A stretch of DNA of 62,753 nt, filler included, from Asterionella formosa (GCA_002256025.1; 6 parts of 6 records of this genome joined end to end with filler, not necessarily neighbours in it), one strand, 5' to 3'. Numbered from the whole stretch's first letter, positions 1 to 12,159 are shown. Notes: a model not told the origin generated them from the sequence alone. A program made the numbers and translations.

Positions 1-2
1 AT

Positions 3-188
3 GGCAGTACTGGCACCAGTGTGGGAAATGTGATTATCACCAATAAGGATGGCAGTGTTACAACTGTTGAGAAGACCTGGACTTTCATGAAATGCCCTGA
101 TAATGAGGTGCACATTATGGGTCACCACTCATCACTTCCTTATGCCCCAACTATTCCGACTGCCAGTGCAGTGGACAAATCAAAGTGA
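3..188 (+). CDS. 3' end of a COG4337 / iota-class carbonic anhydrase-like protein (5' truncated by the contig edge)
   Basis: Frame 3, absent from the ORF track, reads GSTGTSVGNVIITNKDGSVTTVEKTWTFMKCPDNEVHIMGHHSSLPYAPTIPTASAVDKSK*. This matches the GNV..T.KDG..T.V.KTW.F...HHSSLPY C-terminal signature of COG4337. Confidence 0.7.
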   Translation, partial: GSTGTSVGNVIITNKDGSVTTVEKTWTFMKCPDNEVHIMGHHSSLPYAPTIPTASAVDKSK

Positions 189-680
189 TGGGCATATCCT
201 CTAGTAGTGTATCTAATTCAATTAAGGGGTTGATTTTTCTCAATTGAAAGAAAGTTGTTTTCAAAGAAAATAAATTTTGATTACTCAGATGTATTCTTAC
301 CAACAATTAAATTATTTTGCATTCAATTTATGCAGCTGTTCTTTACACAAATTCTACTCGGTTTAAAATGATGGTTAACATAGAAATGTCAGGTCATTAC
401 TTATAAGCGATGTGGGAAGTACTTCAGTTCAAACACGTAGATTGTAAGCAACCATCAAGAATGAAAGGATAACATGCCTTTCCTCGCCGGTATACGTTTA
501 GTTGACAATGTCGGCTACAAGGGTGGTCCGATTTTATATAGGAAAAGTAAAGTAATTTTATTTGTGTTCCCAGCATTATTGACTTTTGACATTTTACTTC
601 CTGCCGTTCTTACGACGAGGACGAAACTCAACGATCCAATACAATATTAAAGAATCATTCTCTGCTTGTCAACAGTAGTC

Positions 681-2915
681 TTACTTCTTTCTCCAATTGA
701 CCGGTCCCAAGCAGAAGCTGCCTGTCGCAGCTCCAGTCATAATCGACATAGCAATTCCAGCACAACCAGGTTGAGGAAGGTCCTCTGGAGGGACTTGATC
801 AAATCGCATACCAGTATTCAAGCGTTGCATAGGAGAGGACAAGTCCATATGGTCTTGAGTTGTGCTTGGACTTGAGGTACGACCCAAATCGGCGCGTGGG
901 GGACAGAACTCGGGAAAGAGCCTGTCTTCCATAGGGAAGCAGCCCTCCCTAGAGCGCATACGACGGCGCTTGCGGAAGGCGAAGATTTCCGGAGAGTGAG
1001 GGTGTATGATGCCAACATTCTTGCCATCTTCATTGGCCAATTGAGGAAGCGCCAACGTTGGAGAAGATGGAGGTGTTTTGATTCCGGAATCGTCGGTGCA
1101 ACGAGGGGGAGTTTCAGCACGGGTCATGACAGGACTGTTGACTTCATCCTTGATGGGACCATCCTCGCTGTCATCATCTTCTTCATCCTCGTCATCATCT
1201 TCCTTGAGGGCATCATCCTCGTCAGCCAGCGAGGTGTCAGGAGTGGAGCCTTTCTTTTTCTTTCCCTTTTTGTCAGCAACTGCGCTCTTGGTGGCACGAA
1301 CATCCAAACCTTCACGAAGTGCTTGAGAGGTCTTGGCTTCTGCCTTAAGGTCGCCCACTTCGTACAGCTCGCCAGTGTCTTCGTCTTTCTTCAAGAAACG
1401 CCCCCCGCGCTTTCGAATGATGAGAACTATGGTTCTTGCTAGCAGAGGCTTTTCCTTTCGTCTGGCCATCAAGTAAGTAGGCTGGAACTCTTGGACAAGC
1501 TTGCGGAATCGGCGATTTCCGACCTGAGAATTGGTACCCCCACCACGACCACATAAGACATCATGAGAGTTTATGTTTGAGTGAGAGTCGCAGACAGGAC
1601 TTTCTGACGGAGGACACACTGGCTTGGCTGGTGGTGCCGTAACTTCAAAGTCGATTTCCGCAGCAGCTTTAGGGAGAAGACTTCCGTTGGCGCAAGTCTT
1701 GTTGGATGTCACAATCGTCTCTTGCGTGGCAGGGGATAAATTATCGCGCTTGCGGGGGTCATGTGGAGTCACGATCATTGGATCGTTGTGGTGATACTCG
1801 TTGATAAGGCGTTCTTCCTCGTTCTCGTAAGGAGACCTGTTGTAACTCTGACGATAAGAAGAATTTTGCTCGCCGCTGCCATAGTAAGGGGCTTCGGGTG
1901 GGTATTGCGAGTAAGCAGACTCTGGAGTGTAACCGTAGAATCTGTAGTCATCAAACTGAGGAGGGGCTCCAGCTCCGCCATTGGCACTATCAAAAGACCC
2001 AAAAGATCCCTCCCTATAAAAGGCCTGTTGATGGGCGTCGTAAGCAGGAGGCGCGCTAGCAGGAGGCGGTGGATGAGAGGAGTACTGCGAATGAGGGGAT
2101 GCATAGTGATCTGAGTCAAAGGAAGACTCCGCTACTAATGGAGGACGCCCATCTCGCGAAGAATACCGACTGTGGCCATTGTCCTCAGGATGAGGTTCCC
2201 CTTCACGCTGTGCTGCTGAGTAAGGTCCTTCAACACGTCGCATACCATAATGTCTTCGAGGAGGAGAATGACTTGTTCCACTTGGTCGACTGACAGGTGA
2301 AGCTGGAGGGTATTGATAGTACCCAGGAGGATGGTTTCCTCTCGGAAGCGGGGTCGCCGGAGCCCTGTAAGGATCTGGCTTGTGGTTTGGAGAAATAACA
2401 TTCACATCATCTCCCGCATATCCTCTTGATCCAGGGGTAGGATACTGAACATGAGGACTGTAATGCTGCGATTGCGGAGGAGGGTATTCTCCATGATCAA
2501 ACGATCCCGAAGGATTGTAAGGCACTTGCATAGGTGGAGGTCTGGGAGGGGGGTAGTTGCCTCTGGGAGGTCCCCCGTAACCGTAAGAACTGCTGCTTGG
2601 CACCGAAGTAGGACCCCTCATGGGAATCGCCCGACGCTGGCCGTGGCGAAAGACATCCTGATCAGAATCATCCAAAACCTTGGTTACGTGCCCGGCGACA
2701 TCTAGTATAACCTCTACGCCTTCGTCAACATGACTGCTTGATCGCGAATGATGACTTTCAACCTTATCGAAGCTGTGGGATCGACGATAAGCAAGACTCT
2801 CGGGTTGATCAGATGAACCGTTGCCGTACATGCGACGGTATGATCGTGGTGCTGTTGCCGCTGCTGGATTTGGCGCGCTGCCGCCGCGCATTTGCTGCTC
2901 CATACGAGATCTCAT
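681..2915 (-). CDS. DUF6824 domain protein with a long low-complexity Pro/Tyr/Ser N-terminus
   Basis: 744-aa ORF. HDVLCGRGGGTN...GNRRFR...K...IV..IR..GGRFL..D....YEVGD..AEAKTSQALRE is the diatom-expanded DUF6824 motif. Basic NLS-like stretches KKGKKKK and RKRRR. Confidence 0.85.
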   Translation of the reverse strand: MRSRMEQQMRGGSAPNPAAATAPRSYRRMYGNGSSDQPESLAYRRSHSFDKVESHHSRSSSHVDEGVEVILDVAGHVTKVLDDSDQDVFRHGQRRAIPMRGPTSVPSSSSYGYGGPPRGNYPPPRPPPMQVPYNPSGSFDHGEYPPPQSQHYSPHVQYPTPGSRGYAGDDVNVISPNHKPDPYRAPATPLPRGNHPPGYYQYPPASPVSRPSGTSHSPPRRHYGMRRVEGPYSAAQREGEPHPEDNGHSRYSSRDGRPPLVAESSFDSDHYASPHSQYSSHPPPPASAPPAYDAHQQAFYREGSFGSFDSANGGAGAPPQFDDYRFYGYTPESAYSQYPPEAPYYGSGEQNSSYRQSYNRSPYENEEERLINEYHHNDPMIVTPHDPRKRDNLSPATQETIVTSNKTCANGSLLPKAAAEIDFEVTAPPAKPVCPPSESPVCDSHSNINSHDVLCGRGGGTNSQVGNRRFRKLVQEFQPTYLMARRKEKPLLARTIVLIIRKRGGRFLKKDEDTGELYEVGDLKAEAKTSQALREGLDVRATKSAVADKKGKKKKGSTPDTSLADEDDALKEDDDEDEEDDDSEDGPIKDEVNSPVMTRAETPPRCTDDSGIKTPPSSPTLALPQLANEDGKNVGIIHPHSPEIFAFRKRRRMRSREGCFPMEDRLFPEFCPPRADLGRTSSPSTTQDHMDLSSPMQRLNTGMRFDQVPPEDLPQPGCAGIAMSIMTGAATGSFCLGPVNWRKK

Positions 2916-3571
2916 CGTTGACTTGGTTCGATCGATCGTGTCTACTTCTTACTCCTTTGTCTCCGTTCTATCTATCCTTATTGATTAGTGCTATAGAACA
3001 CTGCGGTCAGCAATCTTGATCCAAGGTGAAGGAAGTTGTATTGTCCTGAGGCCGATGGGCGAATGCTTCAATCAATGAGAAACGTAAAGGGTATCTCGCA
3101 CTTTATTGTTGTGTCTCCGTTCGAGCACCTCGGCAGTGCACCTCGTTTTTACTTTTTTGTTTCCCTCCAAAGCCAGCTGGTATGTTCTTTGTGTGCGGTT
3201 GTACGAATATAAGCGTTGAATGGTCAAGGCCCACAATTTTCGGCTGTAGTCGGCATATATCCATGTAGACAGCATGCCTTTGAAACGCCAGCCGATTAGG
3301 AAATTATTGTGTGACACGGTTTATATCATTTAAGAATATGAATATCTTCCTATCAATCCACAATTCGATTCAAAAATCAAATATATACGTTTTTGTAGAA
3401 ATTGTAAGCCTGTCCGCCTTTAAATACGAGGGCGCCGATATCCACGACTTGGCTTCACTTCCCTTTGAATATTACTTTACTTCATATCTTCGAAAACGAA
3501 TGTTCGTATCAACGGACAGGAATAATAAAATTACTGCGAATACCAGCAAGTTGGGGTAAATTTGCTCAACT

Positions 3572-3712
3572 AAAGCTTTAGCTTTCTTTATCCCAGATTA
3601 AATTGTTGATTTAAGCAAAATGACCGCAACTTGCAGCAAGAAGTTGCGGTCAAAAGCTTTAGCTCTCTTGATCCCAGATTAAATTGTTGATTTAAGCAAA
3701 ATGACCGCAAAT
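3572..3712. repeat. ~81-bp tandem duplication (about 1.7 copies) containing a hairpin
   Basis: aaagctttagct..tcccagattaaattgttgatttaagcaaaatgaccgcaa occurs twice; tgaccgcaactt-N8-aagttgcggtca is an inverted repeat at the junction. Confidence 0.8.
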
Positions 3713-3925
3713 TGCCAGGTATGTACAGTAGAATATAGAGTCGGTAGAGTACCAGGTACCATTACCTGTTACTCCTACTACCGGGGTATTTACCGGTATG
3801 CTAGGCCATTCGAATTCCACAGAAATGCAAGCAAGCCGCAGGCAGTAAAGGAAGGACTTACTTAGCTGTCCCCCTCACCTCTTGAATACCGGTCCATACC
3901 CGCTCCTTACCCAGCTGCTACCATA

Positions 3926-5200
3926 TTAGGTAGAATCCCAGCCAGCCAGTTCCACCAGAGCATACATCCCAATGTGAGGAGGTATACCATGATTTTTGTC
4001 GCCATTGTTCAAAATGTTCTCCTTCAAGCAACCCTGTAATGTTAAGAAGAAAGAGTTTAATTTGATTGGTTCAAACGAAATGAATGCTGCCTGCACTGCC
4101 TCTATCAAAACGTCAACATCATGGTTGGCTTCTTGTTCCAGGGAGTTTCATTTACCTGACTGTAATACCCCAAAAAATGATAGATCGTTGATTTTCAAAT
4201 CCGGACTGTTTGCTGGTTTTTTAGTCATTCAAATATCCCATTCTTCATCTGTTGTAGCTGCTACAAAGGGAGCAAAATCGGAACCAAAATGTGTTGAAGC
4301 ATTGTCGTGCTGTCGATGTATTTTTAAGAATCATGAAACCAGCATACAACTGTTTTGTCACTGGGAGTGACTTTGTTTCCATTGTCCTGCCTGCTGGTCG
4401 ATAAAATGAACTTTTTTGCGCTGCTACTTGATTCATGAATGTTCAAATTCCAATGTTGCTATGTAATGTATACACCTTATCATCATCAAAACGCTGACGA
4501 GTAACAGCCGAAAGGAACATTATGTTTTCGACATGGTCTTTATGTCTTTTTCACCTTGTGGGAGCCTCTGTTCCATGAGCCAGATATATTTTCAACTTTT
4601 ATGCTGAAACAAAGCAAGAACCACTTTTCATCAATGTGGACCTGGTTATAGAAGACATCGCAATATTCGAAAAGTCCGGGATCGAAATCAACGTAATGGG
4701 AAGCAAGGATGCTATTGATCTGGATGGTTTAATTGCAAATGGTTTACACAGTACATAAAACGACTAATGTTACCCCCTTCCAAAAGCATCCTCAGCTTGA
4801 CCGCACTTGTTTGCGGACGAATTACATTATGTCTGTTATGCTTTGCAATCCAAAATACTGTTGACTTGGGAATTTTACGATATGAACTACTAGAACATTT
4901 GCGATGTGCAATTAATTCAATCGCTTCAATTATTTATTCACCATTATATTTGAGAGAAAAAATCGATGAAAACACGTAAATGTCACCATTATAATAACAT
5001 GCGAGCATGCGGTTCCATATACATTGTATGGTTGTTTTATCTACTTTGAACCATCTCGCAAAAAATTTAACGAGCGATTCCACACAATAAAACGAGTCAA
5101 CCATCTATTTTGTCCCCTCCATCAGCTTCTTTTTGGAGGTTCCGCAAACCAAAATCCAACACAAGTTAACTCTCTTCTGGTGTTAGATCCTTTCTCATGT
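3926..5200 (-). mobile_element. Decayed Tc1/mariner DD39D transposase (pseudogene)
   Basis: Minus strand gives VHIDEKWF (~4620-4645), QHDNASTH (~4290-4312) and PANSPDLKINDLSFF..LQS (~4157-4216). Exactly 39 codons separate the second and third Asp. In-frame stops and frameshifts are present; element boundaries are approximate. Confidence 0.85.
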
Positions 5201-7739
5201 GCTTCTTGAGGAGAGGTGGCCGCAGCAAGAAGGTCCTTAATACTTTTTGCGCAAAAGTGTCCGAAAATACACAATGAGTTAGTCCAGTGAATGCGTCATC
5301 GCTTTTTCATACTGAATATCTAGCAAATCAATCAATATTTATATCAATTTTTAATTTAAGTTGGTAATGTCAATTTCTGTTTAGAGTTGATAAAAACAGA
5401 TTGATCGTCAATGGACACAGTGACTCAATATAAAGACGAAGATAAACAGACAGGAAGTATATATTTACACAAACAAGAAGCTAGTAACAATATATAAAAT
5501 TTACATACATAGTGGCAATAGCAAGCACACCAGCATGTATGGCTAAAATTGGTTCTATATTCCTTTTTATAGAATAGAGCTAATGTCATGGTTAAAAATT
5601 TGCGTTGAACAAACTGGCTTCTGCAGTTCTAATGGTGACTCAACTTTGTTCATGCGCAGAAATTTGAGCAAACAAGACAAGCAATAAAAATTTTGAGTGG
5701 TATCATTGAAAAACTGTGTTTGATTGCTTTTGTCTGCTTCCCAAACCCACCATCAGTCAATTTAACGAACTAAAAATACATATACTTCTTATGACCTGAA
5801 TATTTATATATTTTGTTTTTGTACATATAGCAGCCAGTAGATATTGGTATGCTCCTACGCATTCAAATTTCATACATATAGCACAACAGGTACAGTACAT
5901 ACCAGTATAGCATGTAACATGCTTTTGAACAAAGAAGCCCTGTTTATTTCAGCCTCCGGTCATAATGCATTACTGTGCAATTTAATTGGTTCAAAATATG
6001 GCTCACGCTGGCAGCATCACGCCTACCGCCGGTGTCCCAGTAGTAGTTTAAGTTAACAGGTGGTGTACATAAGTTTGCGCTCCTAATGTTTGTATACTGT
6101 ATTCAAAAGTCATCTAGAATAACATACCGGTCTCTTGTTGTGAAAATAATAGCTTATTTACTGTAGGTTCATATCTACTAGGACATATGGGACAAACAGC
6201 AAGGTTGTTATGTACCGGTATGTTACCGGGTATATTTCTGGCATAATGGGAACAGCATTACTAGAAGGCGGATTAGCCTATAAATCACAAGTCTGAGAGA
6301 TAGCTAAATGAAGACCAAAACGTGATGTACCTGCACAGGCATCTGAATCTCAGTATGATATACTGATTCTCATCTGTCTTAACCATGACAAACTGATCGG
6401 ACTCAATATCTCCACGAAAATCAACAATGAATCATTCCTATTTCGCACATATATCTAGCCTAACATAGACGAGGTAATCGTTCAATAACAAATTTTTTTG
6501 CTCTAATTTTGACCACGAAAATTTGACATTTCCGCCAGAATTTGTTTTGGTCGTGGTTTGCTTGTATTCTTTCGCCAGTCAGGCATCTGCATTTCGCACG
6601 AGATGCGCAAGAGAGGAAGTTCGAAAAATCTTTTTACACATGTAGTTGCCAATTTTAATCTTTCTATATACCGGTATATGATATACATGAATCCATAGCT
6701 TAAAGATAGTCGCACAATACATCTAAGCCGCGAAATACGCCACTTTTCGAAATTTCATTTACGTAGGAGTGTTAATGATGGGGTACTTGACATGAATTAA
6801 TGCCACTCTTCCCGTAAAAAAGCTTACTTTTAACGGTTTCATGTGAAGTTTCACAATGAACTTTGAACTCAAGACTGAATTAGTTGATGTTTCAAATAAT
6901 TCATTTCAAAGTTCGACTAATATCCTGCTCTTGTGGCTAATTCATTTACTACACGCATCTTTATTTGTGAAATAGTAAGGATAGCTATTTGTGGTGTCTT
7001 ATTTCATGCATATACAATCTACAGTTTATAGTTGTGCACTTCACGTGAAAAATGTGAACTATTATAGTGAACAAGACTTGTTCTCTTCAAGGTTTTCATG
7101 TGATGGTTCAGAATCATACAGTGATTTCCAAGACAAAACTAGTTGATGTTATAACTACATATTTTAAAAGTTCAAGATAAAATTGTTTTAGAGGATAAAT
7201 CATTGCGAAAGACAACTCAAGTAATTTATGGTACATATGCCAAGAAGGTATGAATCGGCCAAGAAATGACAGTGAAAAGAGTTTTCGCCATCCTCATGCA
7301 CCAAATTGACGCAACCATAAACATCGCCACTGTAGGCTGAAGTAAGTGCGCATTGTCAATGTAAAATTGGCAAATTGAACTCGCACTACACACGCCAAAG
7401 CAACGCCGACTCGAGAGAGTGTGGTCCTTCAGCGCTTATCAGAAGCACTCATGTGACGATAGTAGCTGACCAATTTAAGTACTGGTACAAGCACCCTGAG
7501 TGCTTCTTGTTGTCTTGCGCTGTGTCATGGCTCAGTTGTTCTAATCCCTTGGCGCTTTTTTCCCATCCGTACTCACAATTGGCAGATTGACTATCACAGC
7601 AAGCCAAGGATTGCAGTCATCGGACGCACGCTTAGTCAAAGTGGAATTCAAATCTTTCCATTCTCAAACCAGGTTACAACAACTTGGGCAACGAAGGTAT
7701 GTTTTAATACGGTGGCTGTCGGGATTTCAGCACACCGCG

Positions 7740-8120
7740 CTTTGGGATCGTTGGATCTTGGATTCAACCAAGTAGGCGATGATGGGATTAGATCATAGGC
7801 ATGTGCTTTGTTTGGATATGCCTTGCATACGCTCTACTTGGTGGCAGGGAATCACATGCGGGAAGAAGGAGCCATGGCAGTGGCTGATGTGATCAGGAGA
7901 GGGTGCGCTGTGACCAAACTGTATTTGACTGGAAACCGATTAGCTAGTAGGGCCAGATGGAGTGATTTCAGTAACAGAAGCCATTCTAGATGAACTGAGA
8001 AGGAGAAAAACATCATATGGAGTCAGTGACACTCTGACACTCAAGGGATCCAAGAGCTCTTTTTAGGCGGAACAAGCATGCTGGGACCGATGGGTTGCCA
8101 CGCAGTTGCTACAATGCTCT
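7740..8120 (+). pseudogene. Degenerate RNI-like leucine-rich repeat fragment
   Basis: LHTLYLVAGNHMREEGAMAVADVIRRGCAVTKLYLTGNRL resembles LxxLxLxxNxIxxxGAxALAxxL repeats; flanking frames are broken by stops. Confidence 0.5.
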
Positions 8121-8769
8121 GAATGTACGAATCACACAGAATTGAGGAAGACACAACAGATTAAAATTTCATCATACAAGTGAATTGGTTAACTCATCAG
8201 TTGATTGTTTTCAATATGAAATCAAGGCGTATTTTTTCTATAGTAGGACGAGGCTAATGGTAGATCATTCAGTGCAGTCAAACAAACTCACATCTCGGGT
8301 TCACTGTTCTTTCTTACTATTTATAATTAGTGAAGTGATCAACCAAATAAATTCCTTCACAATAGGGTCACTATCTTCTTCTTTCATGCCCCTTGTCCTT
8401 GAAATCTAAACCATGACTGTTAACATGGACCCAACAACATAGGATGAAAAACACATGTCACCTGTTTCTTGTATCGCAAACCCACTCCAAACATGCTGAA
8501 ACAGTAGGAAAAGGGGGCGAAAGTCCCAACCACTTTCTTCACAAAATGAATTTCGAGCACATGGTTTTTCAAACCAAATGTTAAACAAGTGTAAGTTGTT
8601 GTTTGTTACCTCCTCAGACCAGGTATCCAGCCAGTTTAAATGCCCCACCATACCCTTCATCAATTCGCAAAGCGCATGGATCATGGACCTCCGTACAATC
8701 CACAAATCCAAAGCCTCTCGACCCCCATTTTGATTCATCTCATCCTTTTCTTTTCAATTCACAAAGCGG

Positions 8770-9345
8770 CTGAGAATTTAAGCAGCATTGGCAAAATTTG
8801 CTTTACATCAGTATTAATCCATCATAGTTAGGTGTGGGTTTCCACCTCTTGCCTTTTCTTCTTTCCTCCTTCGATTGTTACCCTCAATGACATTTTGCTC
8901 AACGCCTTGATTCTGGGCGTGAGTTGTCACCCCCCTCCTGAGGGACCAGCTGAGTCCATAATTTTCCTTTACTTCTTCCACATTCAGGCCCATTAAATGA
9001 GGTGTAGATTCTTGCAGCACTTTCTCTAAATATTGATAAAACCTGTTTGCATAGTGCCGAATTTTCTTTTCCCTTGTAACACTTTACCGTTTTTCATCCC
9101 AGCATGTTTCAAACAACTCATCAACCTACCAAAGCAGTCCCCAGGCCACAACCTAGTGGCAGTAATTGCTGCCACTGGCATCAGGTGGTAAACTTCTCCC
9201 TTGACTCCTTTAAACTGGCCCCACATAGCAATTGTTCTCCTCTAAAGGCAAAAAAATATTATCGTTCATATGACGTCAACTCCAACCCAAGAACCGATAT
9301 TAATTTGTCTTCTGACATCCGCGCTTCTTCGATATTCAAGTAGGG
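8770..9345 (-). mobile_element. Decayed tyrosine recombinase C-terminus (DIRS/Ngaro/Crypton-like element remnant)
   Basis: One frame with stops reads GQFKGVKGEVYHLMPVA...YGLSWSLRRGVTTHAQNQGV...I..NNRRRK.EKARG..P..MMD*Y, i.e. a box-II SLRRG motif plus the catalytic Tyr region. Confidence 0.55.
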
Positions 9346-10243
9346 CTCGACATATAACTGATTTTGTGGTAGCCATCACGCAAACACTATGTCCAAAAAA
9401 ATCTTGTGCCCTGCCACTTGACAGTTAGTGCCTCCAATAGTGCAGAACCGTTGAGAACCCTGAGCAAAGCAAGGGGCCCATGCCGCATGCAGAAGAATTG
9501 GCGCCAGCTGAAGCAGCAGTGGGAATGGTGGCATCAAACGCAATGTTACCAAAAGGATTCGACATGCCGGGCAAGTCTATTTTTTCTTCTCTGCTTTGTC
9601 GCTAACTTTCGGAAACCAGCCTGATCAAGCGCTGGTCCAACAACTGCTCCAGTCAAGGATCAACAATCAACAACACCAGTCCAAACCGCTCTTCAGAAAA
9701 ACGAAAAATTGTGGTGCAACGCCCGAATTCTGTAGTGCCTCCGCTACTTACGCGCCGCACAGATACATGTACGTCACCCTATCGTTTGAGCTCCCCGGGT
9801 AGTGTCCACTGTTTCCATCCTCCTAAGCTACCGTAGCGGTACCTGGTACCAGGTACCAGTTAACTTGCAGCTAGTCCGGAGACGCCTTTGCGGGTGTCTT
9901 GCCTTTAGCAGGCGCGCGGCTGGAGCGGTCATACCGGTAATCGAAAGTATTCACGCACATGCATGAACAGAAATTCAATATTTGCACTGTTGACACACGA
10001 CTGTCTTGTTTTACATTCCGGTATATCTATCATATACTGGTCGGAGTACTGCATAGTCGAAGGCGCGCTTCTCGGGAGCCGAACTACCTCTCCTTGTCTA
10101 CTGTTTCTTCGTTTGCTTATCACGATTATAGTGAAGGAAAAGAACTCGCCTTGCTATTCAACGATAACCAGCAACAAAGCCCATCGTTGCTTTCTCCTTT
10201 AATGACTTTGATCAAACCCGTACAGAGCAACGACTGATTCACC

Positions 10244-10924
10244 ATGGCATTTGCTGTGAGCGCCGTCAAAGTGGTTCTATTAGGCGACTCTGGAGTGGGA
10301 AAATCAAGCTTAGCACTCCGCTTCGCCCAGGACAAGTTTAGGCCCTATTCCGAAAGTACAATTGGAGCTAGCTTTATGAGTAAGACAGTTGATGTAAATG
10401 TGGAGAATGAAGAATCAGAATTATTAGAAGAGGGCATAAAAGCTGAACACGAGAAAAAGACAACAATGAAAAAAGTCGAGTTCAAAATTTGGGACACAGC
10501 AGGGCAAGAGAAGTACCATTCATTGGCACCAATGTATTATAGGGGAGCTGGAACTGCTATTTTGGTCTATGATTTGTGCAATAGACCTTCCTTCACTATG
10601 CTTCAAAAATGGGTCGATGAGATTAAAGAAAAAGGCCCCCCCGGCATTTTTTTTGTGGTTTGTGGAAATAAATCAGATTTGGCATCTCATAGACAAGTTC
10701 AAATCGATGAAGGATTGGCGTTTGCGGACAGGATCAATGCATTCTACATTGAATCTTCCGCTAGAGATGACAAGAATGTGCAAGACTTATTTGCAGTGGT
10801 TGCGAAACGAGTAAATATTGAGGACGAATCCGACGAGATACGAAGGGCAGAAGATGGCGGTATGGCAATGGTCAACCTTGGTGAGGGCGTCACAGCAACG
10901 TCGAGTCCTAAATGTTGTAGTTAA
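10244..10924 (+). CDS. RAB5: Rab5-family small GTPase
   Basis: GDSGVGKSS, ESTIGASF, WDTAGQEKYHSLAPMYYRGA, GNKSD, ESSA and a C-terminal CCS prenylation signal; intronless. Confidence 0.92.
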   Translation: MAFAVSAVKVVLLGDSGVGKSSLALRFAQDKFRPYSESTIGASFMSKTVDVNVENEESELLEEGIKAEHEKKTTMKKVEFKIWDTAGQEKYHSLAPMYYRGAGTAILVYDLCNRPSFTMLQKWVDEIKEKGPPGIFFVVCGNKSDLASHRQVQIDEGLAFADRINAFYIESSARDDKNVQDLFAVVAKRVNIEDESDEIRRAEDGGMAMVNLGEGVTATSSPKCCS

Positions 10925-11376
10925 CAATACATTTTCAAAATCTATGTGCATTGTTGGTTGTCACCCAAAAAGTAGTCGTGCATCGATATTGCTTGCCTCG
11001 CAGAAGTATATACGCACTTTGTCCACTAAACACCTGCATCCCGACTCCCAATTTAATTGTCAAAGAAAGCGATTCAACAGTGTTGGAGATGCTAGCTTTC
11101 TAGCATGCTTCATCGCCTCTTAGCGAGATGCACACAATCCTTAGAGGAATCCAACAATTACAGATTCTTCCTTTGAAGCAGATGGGAGAGGTCGGGCTAG
11201 AATTCGTTGTCAACTACATAAATATCGTCAGGAATTACTCTGTCGAAAAGTAGTCGTCCTAAGAATTGAAACAAGCTTTTTACTTTATTATTGCAACGAT
11301 GTAGTTTGTATCCTGTTGTGTCCACGAAATTCTGGTGTCTAATCATGAACTTCCTTTGACTCAGAAATGCGACAAT

Positions 11377-12159
11377 TCAAGCCAAAGGAGAGATTGGAAA
11401 TGTGCATGAATTCGACTGAATGATTCCTACAATGATACCAAAAATGCCAAGAGCCGACGCGAAAATCTCAACAATAAGAACTTTGACAAAAAGGGATGGA
11501 TCTTGGGCATCACCAATCGCACAACTTGATCCAGCAATTCCAACAGAGATGCCCGATGCAACATTGGTCAAACCAACCGACAAACCAGCAGAGAACATGC
11601 CGTAACCAGCGTAGTAAAACCCAGCGAAGTCCCATGCCTGGTCGAGAAAATAAACGGCCTCATCTGGTTTCTTTACCTTGTTGGCCAAGATAATCGCCAT
11701 AATGACACCGTAAATAGCTGTTGCCTCGCAGAAAATGACACTTTGAAGGAGGAGCGACAATTGTGTGAGAGCACATTGGAGCAATGAAATAATGAGAAGA
11801 TATACAGAATCACTTGTGCAACAACCTATAACTGAGTGTGCAGCATAGTGATGCGACCTTTGCGTCCAAGTCAGGGAGCAGGAAACTGTCAAAATGAAAA
11901 GCTTGTGCCCTCCAAGTCAGTACTGCAAGGACGTAGAATCGTACCTGATCAAGTTTTTGCTTCTGATTCTAGGGGCCTTGACCGCAGCTCCAACGAGCGA
12001 AGACCCAGTCAACCAAATTCCCCATGCAGCTCCAACAACGGACAATCCCAAACCAAACGCAATGCCGAAGTTAGCATACCCATATGGTGACATATGGGTT
12101 AGAACTTCTGACCATCCTTGGTTACAGAATTCCGATGTACAAGTAGAGGACGTTGCCAT
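11377..12159 (-). CDS. VMA16: V-type H+-ATPase 21-kDa proteolipid subunit c'' (2 exons; intron 11741-11944)
   Basis: SVVGAAWGIWLTGSSLVGAAVKAPRIRSKNLI|SVIFCEATAIYGVI...LFVKVLIVEIFASALGIFG; a GT..AG intron restores the frame. Confidence 0.92.

Noticed and set aside
666..3019. Numerous short overlapping ORFs, here and opposite other genes
   Set aside because: Antisense or alternative-frame shadows of real CDSs with no recognisable motifs.
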